This document shows, in pieces, positions 53,483 to 53,903 of a DNA stretch of 53,903 nt (position 1 is its first letter; each line of letters begins with the position of its first letter). This DNA is from a virus (taxonomy: Duplodnaviria > Caudoviricetes). The notes beneath the pieces were generated by a model. That model did no database searches and was not told where the DNA came from. It saw only the letters and a list, made by a program, of their open reading frames with translations. A program made the position numbers and the translations under genes. The DNA lies in the IMG/VR virus record IMGVR_UViG_3300037722_000853, positions 1-53,903 of that record, one strand, 5' to 3'.

Positions 53483-53903
53483 CGACTCAGCAGCTCCTTG
53501 GCACGCTCGCGCACGGCCGCCCGCTCAGCCTCGCCAGCCGCCTGCCCGCCCAGGGCAATCAGCTCCTGGATGGTTTCGGCCGCCTGTACCTGGTCGGCAA
53601 AGCTGAGCTCTTCGGGCACGGCCGCCTCCGGCTCGTCGAGCATGGCGTCGAGTATCTCGGCGTCAGTTGGCGGAGTAGCCTCTCCAACCTCTGCGCTCTC
53701 CGCGTCCTCCGCGGTTAAACCTTCCAGCGCCGCCGCCACGTCACCCTTCGTGATACGGCCGTCGGCCCCGGTCCCCACCACGCCGGCCAGGTCAAGCTCG
53801 TGTTCGGCCGCCAGCTGCACGGCCGCCTCAGTTGCGTTCATCGGTTCGCTCCTTACGTGATCAGCTGCACCGCCACACCGCTCAGGTCAGCGCCGGTAAT
53901 GGC
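53247..53903. repeat. Diverged second copy of 1-847
   Basis: 127 bp exact, then substitutions and indels. Confidence 0.95.
53479..53841 (-). CDS. E3-binding domain protein, allele B of 384-785
   Basis: Same protein, 13 aa shorter. Confidence 0.8.
   Translation of the reverse strand: MNATEAAVQLAAEHELDLAGVVGTGADGRITKGDVAAALEGLTAEDAESAEVGEATPPTDAEILDAMLDEPEAAVPEELSFADQVQAAETIQELIALGGQAAGEAERAAVRERAKELLSR

Overview
The window is an apparently complete, circularly permuted temperate siphovirus genome of about 53,246 bp. Position 1 recurs at 53247 and the sequence then runs on through a second, diverged allele of 1-847. The minus strand carries the late operon: DNA methyltransferase, terminase, portal, protease/scaffold, capsid, head-tail genes, tail, tape measure, baseplate and lysis. 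The plus strand carries early genes: lambda-O-like initiator with iterons, helicase loader, ParM-like actin plus small partner, DEDDh exonuclease and many small ORFs. An arm-less tyrosine integrase lies next to an attP made of the 3' half of tRNA-Glu(TTC). The host is inferred to be Chloroflexota (Anaerolineae-like) from Pro/Thr-rich proteins, a YLPVVM motif, an EAD-like domain and the M23 family. The most unusual signals are: (1) a recurring AGAAGCCCT-N2-4-AGGC motif placed on the 5' arm of two late-operon terminators and over one ribosome-binding site, with a Com-like zinc-ribbon gene nearby (candidate RNA-binding antitermination/translation switch); (2) about 110 copies of the palindrome ACGGCCGT; (3) an EAD/death-like domain joined to a coiled-coil gene by a -1 shift at an A9 run inside the lysis cassette; (4) a doubled integrase core site; (5) a three-operator switch with a non-canonical leaderless repressor, plus LexA-type boxes; (6) paired short-repeat arrays that bracket whole structural modules. 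All family calls come from motif recognition by eye, not from database searches.
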